From a virus: a DNA stretch of 48,344 nucleotides. Below the pieces are notes generated by a model. That model saw only the letters and a list, made by a program, of their open reading frames with translations, made no database searches and had not been told where the DNA came from. The position numbers were made by a program, and so were the translations under genes. Below, one piece after another: positions 25,604 through 33,250 of the stretch (the stretch's first letter is position 1; the number at the start of each line of letters is the position of its first letter). The DNA is taken from the IMG/VR virus record IMGVR_UViG_3300046781_000048, one strand, 5' to 3'.

Positions 25604-25840
25604 TTACTTCCCTAGCGCTGCCTCTGCGTTGCGCGCGCGCGTAGTCCATACGTCGCGCTCTGCCTCTGCGCGCATGCGTTCGCGCTGCTCTGAATCTGCG
25701 AGCGACGCAGCGACCCGGTAGGCAGCAACCCACCGATCGCGATCTTCCGTCATCTGCGTAAGTCTAACGACCAGGCGCGCAGTCTCGCGCTCTAGGTCGT
25801 CTCTCAGCATCAAGAGTCGACGCAGCTCCGCTTCTTCCAT
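25604..25840 (-). CDS. Small Arg/Glu-rich coiled-coil protein (78 aa)
   Basis: ORF immediately upstream of terL. No recognisable motif. Confidence 0.5.
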   Translation of the reverse strand: MEEAELRRLLMLRDDLERETARLVVRLTQMTEDRDRWVAAYRVAASLADSEQRERMRAEAERDVWTTRARNAEAALGK

Positions 25841-25889
25841 TTCCTCCCCCTTGTGTTAGTGTCTCTCTACTCGGTCTGGTCCCCTGACT

Positions 25890-25930
25890 CCCTGCAGCGC
25901 TGGCGCCTTGTAAACGCCAGCGCTGCAGGG
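25890..25930. repeat. Perfect 16-bp inverted repeat CCCTGCAGCGCTGGCG / CGCCAGCGCTGCAGGG with a 9-nt loop
   Basis: Read directly. Intergenic, with no U-tract on either side. Confidence 0.9.
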
Positions 25931-25942
25931 GTCGCTCTCTAC

Positions 25943-26011
25943 GGCGGGTAGCGAAGGTCGCAGCTGGGTTTCATACGTCCAGTTTTCCTAGTTCGATTCT
26001 GGGACCCGCCC
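25943..26011 (+). tRNA. tRNA-like element, CAU anticodon (Met/Ile2 type), with a truncated D-arm
   Basis: Perfect 7-bp acceptor stem GGCGGGT/ACCCGCC. Canonical T-arm CCTAG-TTCGATT-CTGGG. Anticodon arm TGGGT-TTCATAC-GTCCA. However the D-arm is only GCGA-AGG-TCGC, the body is 68 nt and no CCA is encoded. Confidence 0.4.
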
Positions 26012-26097
26012 CCCTTCTGTCGATGGTAGAGAGCAGCTCCGCTATCTCTTGATGCAGCTTGCGCCTGCGCCTTCTGATGCGCTGATGCCTTCGTCTT

Positions 26098-26283
26098 CTA
26101 GGGTTCATCGTCCCAGGGATCCCCCATTCGTCTTTCGCGCGCCTTGCGCTGCTGCCTTCGCTGGTGACAAGCGCGCGCCGTCGACTCGATCGCTGCGATA
26201 AGGAACCATCCGACGAAGGCGCCGATCAAGAGAAAGCCTAGACCGCGCGCTACGCGATTGACGATATCAATTACTTCGAGCAT
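26098..26283 (-). CDS. Small membrane protein (61 aa)
   Basis: The ATG at 26283 is preceded by AAGGGGGAG. One TM helix, GLGFLLIGAFVGWFLIAAI. Confidence 0.5.
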   Translation of the reverse strand: MLEVIDIVNRVARGLGFLLIGAFVGWFLIAAIESTARACHQRRQQRKARERRMGDPWDDEP

Positions 26284-26867
26284 GGCTCCCCCTTCTTCCC
26301 ATAGGGACCCTTGCCACATGCGCCGCATGCGAAGGTCCGCTCTGCTGCTTCGACTAGGCGGAGCAGCTTCGCCCTTACCTCTGCCGCTGCTTCGAGATTT
26401 GTCGGATCTATCTCGGGGTCGATGGGTTCGCGCGGCGTTAGTTCATGGATCCGAGTCGCGATCCGCTCTTCGAGGCTCATCGCCTTAGCGACATGTTCGA
26501 CGGTCGTAGTCCCCTTCTGCACTCTTTCGAAATGCAGCTGCACTAGCTCTCTCGCGATCGACTGCTGCAGGCGCAAAGTCGCCACTGCATCGGGGACTTC
26601 ATCAGCCGAGGGAACTAGGCTAAGCTTAGCGAGCGCGCGCTGCGCCTCCGTCGCTGCAGCAGCAGCTGCATCGGGGAGAATTCGCCTGCGAGACTTGCGC
26701 GCGCCGTTGCCTCCGTTCGGAGTCAGCCCGGCATCATCAAGCCAATTCAAAATCGTATTGTGATTCAGCCCTAGCGCTTCGCCTATCTCGCGAGAGCTAG
26801 CCCCATCGCGATGCATCAGCATCATCTGCTCTAGGCGCGCAGGGTTCTTCAGCGAAGGTTTCGGCAT
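26271..26867 (-). CDS. HTH DNA-binding protein, small terminase subunit candidate
   Basis: N-terminal HTH (SSREIGEALGLNHNTILNWL). First gene after the 360-bp noncoding region and upstream of terL. C-terminal CGACG...C. Confidence 0.5.
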   Translation of the reverse strand: MPKPSLKNPARLEQMMLMHRDGASSREIGEALGLNHNTILNWLDDAGLTPNGGNGARKSRRRILPDAAAAAATEAQRALAKLSLVPSADEVPDAVATLRLQQSIARELVQLHFERVQKGTTTVEHVAKAMSLEERIATRIHELTPREPIDPEIDPTNLEAAAEVRAKLLRLVEAAERTFACGACGKGPYGKKGEPCSK

Positions 26868-27039
26868 GCAATAGCTCGCTTGGGTTAGGGGGCCATGTAA
26901 GCGTTCGTCGCATCCCCTATTTGAGTGGTATTCGATGTAGGTAAATGGAGTCGTTCGTTACGTTCGTACTGGATGGAATCGCGTAAGTGCCCGATGTTTG
27001 TCGCCGGGGCGCGAACGTCCGGACCCTCGCGGACATGTA

Positions 27040-27049
27040 GGGGGGGGGG
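27040..27049 (+). repeat. G10 homopolymer inside an imperfect hairpin
   Basis: Read directly. Flanked by CGCGGACATGTAGG (27028..27041) and CCTACATCCGCG (27059..27070). Confidence 0.9.
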
Positions 27050-27245
27050 CGCCTTTTGCCTACATCCGCGCCACACACATGTCATCCGACTCTAAGTACG
27101 CGTAATCATTATGCATTGCTGTCAAAGGCTAATTTTGGCTAGTAGGTAGAGGTAGGCAAGCGAGCGTTAGCCCACTTTTCCCATCGGTTACATGTAGGCA
27201 TACCCTCTGCCCTCTCTGTGCTTGACTTCCTAGATCGCCCAGTAT

Positions 27246-27536
27246 TCAAGGGGCTTTCTGCTCTGCCTGCGCTGGCGCCTGGTCCGTAGGCGCAGGCTCC
27301 AACACTGGCGAGACCACGGGCATCTGCGCGCCATTGCCCCCTGGCTGCGCCTGCTGCTGCAGCCCTAGCATTCCGCGCAGGACATTGGTCACTTCAGCAG
27401 TGATGCTGACTGCGAGCATCAGCGCCTGCACAAGCGGCACGTCCAGCGTTATGCCCTGGTCGCCCTCTGCTCCGTCCTGCTCGTTTCTGATTATGACCCG
27501 GACATGAGAATGATACTGCCCGACCGTGATTTTCAT
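27246..27536 (-). CDS. Hypothetical protein (96 aa)
   Basis: ORF in operon order. Gln/Pro/Ala-rich tail. Confidence 0.5.
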   Translation of the reverse strand: MKITVGQYHSHVRVIIRNEQDGAEGDQGITLDVPLVQALMLAVSITAEVTNVLRGMLGLQQQAQPGGNGAQMPVVSPVLEPAPTDQAPAQAEQKAP

Positions 27537-27554
27537 CGACTCTGCCTCCCTGGG

Positions 27555-28040
27555 TTAGCGACTGCCTCTGGCTTTACATTGCCCCTGCGCGACGTTGACC
27601 ATTGCTGCGCGTTCGATGGCTGCCCCGTGGTAAGGGCGCAGCCCATCCTGCGAAGCGCTCTGCAGGCCGCTGAGGCGCAGCGCGCTGTCAGGTGCCTGCG
27701 CGATGGCGCCTGACTGCAGACCAGACCTGATGGCTGCGACGATGGCGAGCGCATCAGCGACCGAGCGGAAGACTCCGAACGATCCGCCATGCGCCTGCAG
27801 CTCGCTTGCCCAGATGCGCTGCTCGGGGTCTAGGTCGCGACCGGGTAGCTTGCCCTCCAATCCGACGAGATGCCCCCAGGGCGCGAGAACTGCGAGAACG
27901 TCTGGCGCGCCGTTGCCTAACCCGTAGCGAACATGCGAGCCATGCAGGCGCGCGACTCCGGTATTGCATCGGAAGGCTAGAACGTCGCGCTGCAGGTTCA
28001 GCGTGGCGATAGCGGCTGAGACCATGGCTGCTTCGCTCAT
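27555..28040 (-). CDS. VRR-NUC domain nuclease
   Basis: GAPDVLAV ... LEGK ... PEQ ... pattern, a PD-(D/E)XK core as in VRR-NUC. The start at 28040 forms an ATGA overlap with the upstream stop. Confidence 0.7.
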   Translation of the reverse strand: MSEAAMVSAAIATLNLQRDVLAFRCNTGVARLHGSHVRYGLGNGAPDVLAVLAPWGHLVGLEGKLPGRDLDPEQRIWASELQAHGGSFGVFRSVADALAIVAAIRSGLQSGAIAQAPDSALRLSGLQSASQDGLRPYHGAAIERAAMVNVAQGQCKARGSR

Positions 28041-28579
28041 CGGGCCCTGCGCGCTTTCTCGCCTGCAGTGATTCGCAAGTGGCATGCCTCGCAGAGCGCG
28101 ACCAGCTCAAACAGAAATTCATTCCCCCGATGCGCGTAGGTCAAGTGATGTACTTCGCGAGGCTCGACCATGCCGCATCCCTCGCAGCGTCCGTTAGCGC
28201 GCGCCATGACCCGCTTGCGAATCGATTGCCATTGGTCCGTTCGGAGATAGGCAGCGTAGAGATCTCGGCGCGCTTGGCGCTGCTCTTCGTCGCGCTGCTT
28301 CTCCTGCGCCTCGCGCTCTTTGCGCCTGGCGCGCTGCGCGATCCATTTTTCGGCTGCTAGAATATCGCCGGGGGTATCGCCATGCATATGACTATCGCCG
28401 TCATCGCTGCGCTTATCGGAGCGCTGCTCTATCTCGTTACTGTCGTTCCGCCGAAGTTCGCAGAGCTGGGACGCATCCTGTTTCTGTGCGGCGCGCTCGC
28501 TACGCTGCTCGCCATCGGGCAGCATCTGCCCTGACTGCTGCTGCTCCCAAAACCAGATCAGCCCCTCGCTGCTGCTCAT
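28037..28579 (-). CDS. HNH endonuclease domain protein
   Basis: C-terminal CEGCG ... EVHHLTY ... LCEACH. The start at 28579 forms an ATGA overlap. Confidence 0.7.
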   Translation of the reverse strand: MSSSEGLIWFWEQQQSGQMLPDGEQRSERAAQKQDASQLCELRRNDSNEIEQRSDKRSDDGDSHMHGDTPGDILAAEKWIAQRARRKEREAQEKQRDEEQRQARRDLYAAYLRTDQWQSIRKRVMARANGRCEGCGMVEPREVHHLTYAHRGNEFLFELVALCEACHLRITAGEKARRAR

Positions 28580-28782
28580 CGGTCCCTCAGCAGTTCGTGA
28601 CGAGCGATCGAGAACAGGCAATCGACTACGCGCAAGACTGCGACCTGCCAGCTAACGCGCAGCTCGAAGGGCAATTCTTCCCATGGGGGCATGCGCGTCT
28701 CTGCCTGCGCATCGGTTTTATTCCGATCGCTATGCTCGACGAATCCCGCGTAAGCCTGGCGCGCAAGGTCTTCGACTTTCAT
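28576..28782 (-). CDS. Hypothetical protein (68 aa)
   Basis: Coupled to both neighbours by 4-nt overlaps. Confidence 0.5.
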   Translation of the reverse strand: MKVEDLARQAYAGFVEHSDRNKTDAQAETRMPPWEELPFELRVSWQVAVLRVVDCLFSIARHELLRDR

Positions 28783-29042
28783 CGGCAGACCTTGCGCGCT
28801 TCGCTTGCGAAGGCGCAGCTAGCGAAATGGGAGATGTAGCGCTCGCCTTCGGGTATCCGCGCAGGCATCGTCACGATCGCAAATAGACCTTCGTCGCCAT
28901 CGACCAGGCGAACGTTGCCCAGGTCGACCGGGTCGCGATTGATGGGCATGCGCTTGCCTGTCGGGGTATGCGCCCAGATGATCGGGTCTCCGCAATAGCG
29001 GCAGACGTCGAACGGATAATCAGAGTCGCTTTCGAGAATCAT
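28779..29042 (-). CDS. Zinc-ribbon-like hypothetical protein (87 aa)
   Basis: CRYCGDPIIWAHTPTGKRMPI ... SC pattern. Confidence 0.55.
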   Translation of the reverse strand: MILESDSDYPFDVCRYCGDPIIWAHTPTGKRMPINRDPVDLGNVRLVDGDEGLFAIVTMPARIPEGERYISHFASCAFASEARKVCR

Positions 29043-29053
29043 GCTGCCCCCCC

Positions 29054-30364
29054 TCAGTCCCTGAACGCGGTAGACGTTCCGCTGAAATTGACTTCGACGG
29101 TTCCGACCGGACCGTTGCGCTGCTTCGCGATGATCAGTTCTGCGCGATGTCGGTTCTCTTCGGTCGCCTTGTACGCCGCTTCGCGAAAAACGAAGACGAC
29201 GTCATCAGCGTCCTGCTCGATGGCGCCTGACTCGCGAAGGTCGGAGAGTCTAGGGCGCTTGTCTTCGTTGCGCTCGCAGTCGCGATTCAGTTGCGAGAGC
29301 AGCAGCACGGCGCAGTCCATCTCTTTCGCAAGGCGCTTCGCCCCTGCCGTGACTTCAGCGACTTCGCGCTCTCGCGTATGCGAGCGCCCTGGTCCGCTCA
29401 TTAGCTGCAGGTAGTCGACGACAATCAACGCAAGCGGCTGCCCTGCCTTCGCGCGAACGAGGCGCGCCTTCGCGCGAAGCTGCTGCAGCGTCAGCGCGGC
29501 AGTGTCGTCGATGAAGATGGGCAGCGAACGAAGATCATCGAGCGCAGCGAAGACGCTGGCGCGTTCGTCGCCTCGAAGCTTCCCATGCAGAGCCGCGAAG
29601 ACGCTGGCGCCTGAACGGCAGCAAGCCATGCGCAGCCCGATTTGTTTCCGGGGCATCTCGAGAGAAAAAAGCGCGACGGCTAATCCCTGCGCTGCGAGCG
29701 CATCGACTGCGCCTGTCGCTAGCGAAGTCTTTCCCATCCCAGGGCGACCAGCGATGACCGTCAATCTGCCGCGCCCTAGTCCGCCTAGCTTTTCATCGAG
29801 CGCATGCAGCCCGGTCGTTAGCTCGACGTCGCTGCGCTGCTCTGCTGCGAGCAGCGCGCCGCATGCTTCGTTCGCGATGTCGAACATGGGAGCGATCGCG
29901 CTCTTCGCCTGCGTATCGCTCGCTAGCGCGAAGATGCGCGATTCTGCGTCATCGAGAAAAGCGTCGACGCTGTCGCCTCGAACGCCGTAACCCTCCGCTG
30001 CGATCGTCTGCGACGTCGCGATGAGCTGGCGCAGCCGATAGAACTGCGAGACTCGCTCTGCATGCTGGTCGAGATTCCCGACCGAAGGGACGCATTCGAT
30101 AAGACTCGCGAGGTACGCTGCGCCGCCGCATTGCGCGATGCGCCCTTCGTCGCGCAGGTAGCCTGCGACGCTGACCATGTCCGGAACCTCGCAGCGCATC
30201 GAGAGCGCGATCATGCCCTCGAAGATTCTGCGATTGGCTTCGGAATAGAAATGCTCTGGGCGCAGATGCTCGCTGATGAGCGCGAGGGATTCCTGCGAGA
30301 GAAAGCAGGCGGAGAGTATCAGCGCTTCTGCTTCGAGATCATGCGGCGCGACCCGGTCGATCAT
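29054..30364 (-). CDS. dnaB: Replicative DNA helicase DnaB
   Basis: N-terminal DLEAEALILS, Walker A GRPGMGKTS, IVVDYLQLM, SQLNR, RESGAIEQDADDV. Confidence 0.9.
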   Translation of the reverse strand: MIDRVAPHDLEAEALILSACFLSQESLALISEHLRPEHFYSEANRRIFEGMIALSMRCEVPDMVSVAGYLRDEGRIAQCGGAAYLASLIECVPSVGNLDQHAERVSQFYRLRQLIATSQTIAAEGYGVRGDSVDAFLDDAESRIFALASDTQAKSAIAPMFDIANEACGALLAAEQRSDVELTTGLHALDEKLGGLGRGRLTVIAGRPGMGKTSLATGAVDALAAQGLAVALFSLEMPRKQIGLRMACCRSGASVFAALHGKLRGDERASVFAALDDLRSLPIFIDDTAALTLQQLRAKARLVRAKAGQPLALIVVDYLQLMSGPGRSHTREREVAEVTAGAKRLAKEMDCAVLLLSQLNRDCERNEDKRPRLSDLRESGAIEQDADDVVFVFREAAYKATEENRHRAELIIAKQRNGPVGTVEVNFSGTSTAFRD

Positions 30365-31275
30365 TTGCCCCCCTTGGCTTTCGCTTCGATGGCTTCCCGC
30401 TCTGCCTTCGCGCGCGCTGCTCGAGCTAGGCGCTCCTGACTTGCTCTGCGCGTAGCTTCCATCTCGCTCGGATCATCGGGCAGCGGCGGAGCGTATGCGC
30501 CGCTGCGATGCGAATCGTCTGCGCCGTTCGTCTCGCGTGGTCTGCGAGCGTTGCGCAGGTACTTGACCAGATGGCGATGCTTTTCCTGGTACGTCGTTCC
30601 GTCAGCGCATTGCGTCGCAGCGTCATCGACTGCGCCGATCGCCCATGCGAGCTTGACGCCTGCAGTCATGCGCGACGAAAACTCGTAGGCGATTCTTTCG
30701 GCGGGTAGGTCTGCGAAGATGGGCCAGTGACGAATCCGATCGCTGACGGACTGAGTCTCTGCGTCGAGCTTCGGTGTGTGTGGCGCGCTAGCGCCGTTCG
30801 GTTTTTCGTTCTCCGTACCAGTCACACACACTGGGTTTTGTCTTGTCTCTACCTCTCTGCTCTTGCTCTCTGGATCGGGTACGGGATCGGGGTACGATTT
30901 TGCTAGAGCCGTTGCTAAGCGATTGCTTGGCTTTTGCTTAGCAACGGCTAGGGCCTTTGCTAAGCCTCCCCTTCGACCTGACTCCGCGCGATAGTCGCGA
31001 ATCTTTAGGACTTCTTCGCGACTTGGGTTCCATTGCAGGTAGTCATGGATCATAAACCCCACGTCATCCATTTGATCGATCAACCCTGCAGTTGCTGCTT
31101 TCGTCCAGAGTTTGCGATTCGCAATCGTGAGAGCGACTCCCCAGGTAACGCGGCCATCGGTCAAATGCTCCGATGACCATGCGCCCGCTCGACAGACGGC
31201 CCCCCATGCAGCGTTCCCAGCGTGGACAACCTTCCGATGAAAGGCGCTCTTATCGTCGACCTTGAACCAGGTCAT
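30361..31275 (-). CDS. Replication initiator / replisome organiser (putative)
   Basis: N-terminal MTWFKVD ... winged-helix-type domain. Sits immediately upstream of dnaB with a 4-nt overlap and contains the iteron cluster. Confidence 0.55.
   Translation of the reverse strand: MTWFKVDDKSAFHRKVVHAGNAAWGAVCRAGAWSSEHLTDGRVTWGVALTIANRKLWTKAATAGLIDQMDDVGFMIHDYLQWNPSREEVLKIRDYRAESGRRGGLAKALAVAKQKPSNRLATALAKSYPDPVPDPESKSREVETRQNPVCVTGTENEKPNGASAPHTPKLDAETQSVSDRIRHWPIFADLPAERIAYEFSSRMTAGVKLAWAIGAVDDAATQCADGTTYQEKHRHLVKYLRNARRPRETNGADDSHRSGAYAPPLPDDPSEMEATRRASQERLARAARAKAEREAIEAKAKGGK
30899..30965. repeat. Iteron-like array: five TTGCT(A/T)(A/G)GC-type repeats; candidate origin
   Basis: Starts at 30899, 30912, 30923, 30934 and 30957 (spacing 13, 11, 11, 23). 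Includes the 13-bp perfect inverted repeat 30908..30920 / 30936..30948. Confidence 0.5.
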
Positions 31276-32702
31276 ACGGCCCCCCGATTAAAGAGCGGAC
31301 AGTCCCCGATGATGCGCGCGCGCGCGATGGCTGCGTAAGCTTCGCTTAGCTCGAACCCTACGAAGCGAAATCCCTCTGCGCTGCAGGCGACCCCGGTCGA
31401 CCCGCTGCCTGCGAAGGGGTCGAGCACAATGCCTCCGGGCAATGTTATTAAGCGCACTAGCCAGCGCATCAGATCGGTACTCTTGACCGTTGGATGATCG
31501 TTGCGCCTCTTGCTCGTTCGACCTGCGCCTGCGCGCGGAGATTCGAGACCCTTCGATCCGTCGATGCGTCCGGTAAGTTCGCCCGGGGTTTTTGCGGGCA
31601 GATATTCGCAGCCCTTCTCTCGGTCTTCTCTCGTCGCCTTCGCGGTGTAGAAGAATGGCGCGAAGCTAGTGAAGTAGCGCGACGCTCCGCCGCTGTCCCC
31701 AAAATGCTGTGACGTATCGATTCCCTGTCGATCGAACGACGCTACGCTAGGCGTTCGCGTTCGCGGATTCACGCCATTTCCGCCGCTAGTTCGCTCCCCG
31801 CTCTGCTCGTCCAGCATCCGCACGGGGCAGCCTTCGACGCACTGCCAAGCATCGACAGTCTCGAACCCATCTGCGTCAGAGTGATGAACGGGCGAAGTCG
31901 TCTCCCCGGTAAAGAGCGACGGAGAGCGATTGTCGTTCCATGCAGGCGCAGCCTTCACTCGCTTGCTACCGATCCGCTCGCAGCCTTCAGCGTGCGAGAG
32001 CAGCAGATGCGACGGCCATCGCCCTGCAGTGTTGACGTCGCTCGCTCCGCTTAGGTCGGAGTGATTCGCCCAGCTATTGTCCATCGTTCCGCCGCGCGCC
32101 TTGATGGCAGAGACCATCCCTTGATGCGCTGCGAGATCATCGGGCGAAGCATGCTCGACCCTGCATGCGTCGATATTGATGGCGCCTGTCCCATGCCCGA
32201 GCACGCTACGAACGATGCTGCCCTTGATGGGTTTCCGAACTAGCCACCAGTCTTCGACTGCAGGCTTTAGCGCCGTCCCCCATCCGTCCCAGCGCTGCGC
32301 ATGGCCATAGCCTGCGAGTCGATCGATGCCCTTCCCGATGTCGAGCGACTTTGGAAACCCCGACCCGAAGATATGGGCGAGCCTATCCCTGATTTCGAAT
32401 CCTGCATTTTCAAGCGCGGTCGCAGTCCAGTGCGACGTACGGGGCAGCGCCCAGACAAGCGCATGCGCGCCAGGCTTCAGCACGCGCAGCGCTTCGCGCA
32501 TCCGTTCTTCGAGCCATGCGATCCATAGGTCGCGCCCCCCCTTGTCATGGTCCCAGGTCTTGCCCATGAAGGCGATGCCTGCAGGAGGATCCGTTACCAT
32601 CGCGTCGATCGACGCATCGGGCAGAGAGCGCAGCAGATCGAGACAGTCTCCTGCTTCGACATGCCATCGCTTATCACCCGAGAGAATCTCAGCGAGCGTC
32701 AT
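31272..32702 (-). CDS. DNA N6-adenine / N4-cytosine methyltransferase (beta-class, orphan)
   Basis: Motif IV-like VTDPPAG near the N-terminus and motif I DPFAGSGSTG near the C-terminus. No restriction partner seen. Confidence 0.85.
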   Translation of the reverse strand: MTLAEILSGDKRWHVEAGDCLDLLRSLPDASIDAMVTDPPAGIAFMGKTWDHDKGGRDLWIAWLEERMREALRVLKPGAHALVWALPRTSHWTATALENAGFEIRDRLAHIFGSGFPKSLDIGKGIDRLAGYGHAQRWDGWGTALKPAVEDWWLVRKPIKGSIVRSVLGHGTGAINIDACRVEHASPDDLAAHQGMVSAIKARGGTMDNSWANHSDLSGASDVNTAGRWPSHLLLSHAEGCERIGSKRVKAAPAWNDNRSPSLFTGETTSPVHHSDADGFETVDAWQCVEGCPVRMLDEQSGERTSGGNGVNPRTRTPSVASFDRQGIDTSQHFGDSGGASRYFTSFAPFFYTAKATREDREKGCEYLPAKTPGELTGRIDGSKGLESPRAGAGRTSKRRNDHPTVKSTDLMRWLVRLITLPGGIVLDPFAGSGSTGVACSAEGFRFVGFELSEAYAAIARARIIGDCPLFNRGAV

Positions 32703-32727
32703 CGCTACTGCTCCCTTCTCTCGCTGC

Positions 32728-33090
32728 TTAGTTTGCGCTGTCCGTCTCTCTGCCTGGCTTGCGATAACCGATGCGCAGATAGAGATCGCGCGGCGGAGGA
32801 CCTTCGGGGGCTTGCTCCCATGCGACGGCTGGGACCTTCCCCCCTGTCGCGCTCTCTATCGTGCCCAGCGAGTTGAGCGGCCTGCGCGATCCTAGGCAGG
32901 CGTGACGCAGTCGCGCTCGATCTAAGACGCGCAGCATGATTTGCTTCTGCGCTTCGCTCTCTGCGACGAACGCGGTTAGTGCGTCCGCTGCCTTCGTTCG
33001 CTTCGAGCAGACCTGAATCGCTGCGCCGTTCTTCGCTCGCTTCGCCGGCTGTCGCTTCTTCGCTCGCCCCTTACGCTTCCCCTTGCGCAT
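32728..33090 (-). CDS. Basic hypothetical protein, first gene of the leftward early operon
   Basis: The ATG at 33090 is preceded by GGAGGA. Lys/Arg-rich N-terminus. The listed ORF extends to 33168. Confidence 0.5.
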   Translation of the reverse strand: MRKGKRKGRAKKRQPAKRAKNGAAIQVCSKRTKAADALTAFVAESEAQKQIMLRVLDRARLRHACLGSRRPLNSLGTIESATGGKVPAVAWEQAPEGPPPRDLYLRIGYRKPGRETDSAN

Positions 33091-33206
33091 TCCTCCGCTA
33101 TACGCCGGCTGACTGCGCGTAGTCAAGTGCCGCCGCGAAGTCAAAGCATACCTTGATGGGCAGCACAAGGGACCCGGGGCAGTCCCTCAGTCTCCACAAT
33201 TTATCC

Positions 33207-33216
33207 CCTTGCAAGG
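33207..33216. promoter_or_regulatory. 10-bp perfect palindrome CCTTGCAAGG in the divergent switch region (operator candidate)
   Basis: Read directly. A related CCTTG-N10-CAAGG lies at 33151..33170. Confidence 0.4.
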
Positions 33217-33219
33217 CAA

Positions 33220-33235
33220 GTAGTCAGCGGACTAC
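33220..33235 (+). promoter_or_regulatory. GTAGTCAGCGGACTAC dyad, related to the intergenic motif
   Basis: GTAGTC/GACTAC arms, ending 15 nt before the ATG at 33251. Confidence 0.4.
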
Positions 33236-33250
33236 AGTCGCCGTCAACAG

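Noticed and set aside
26885-27085. Listed 66-aa ORF inside the large noncoding region.
   Set aside because: There is no SD, it spans the G10 tract and hairpin, and its composition is unlike neighbouring genes.
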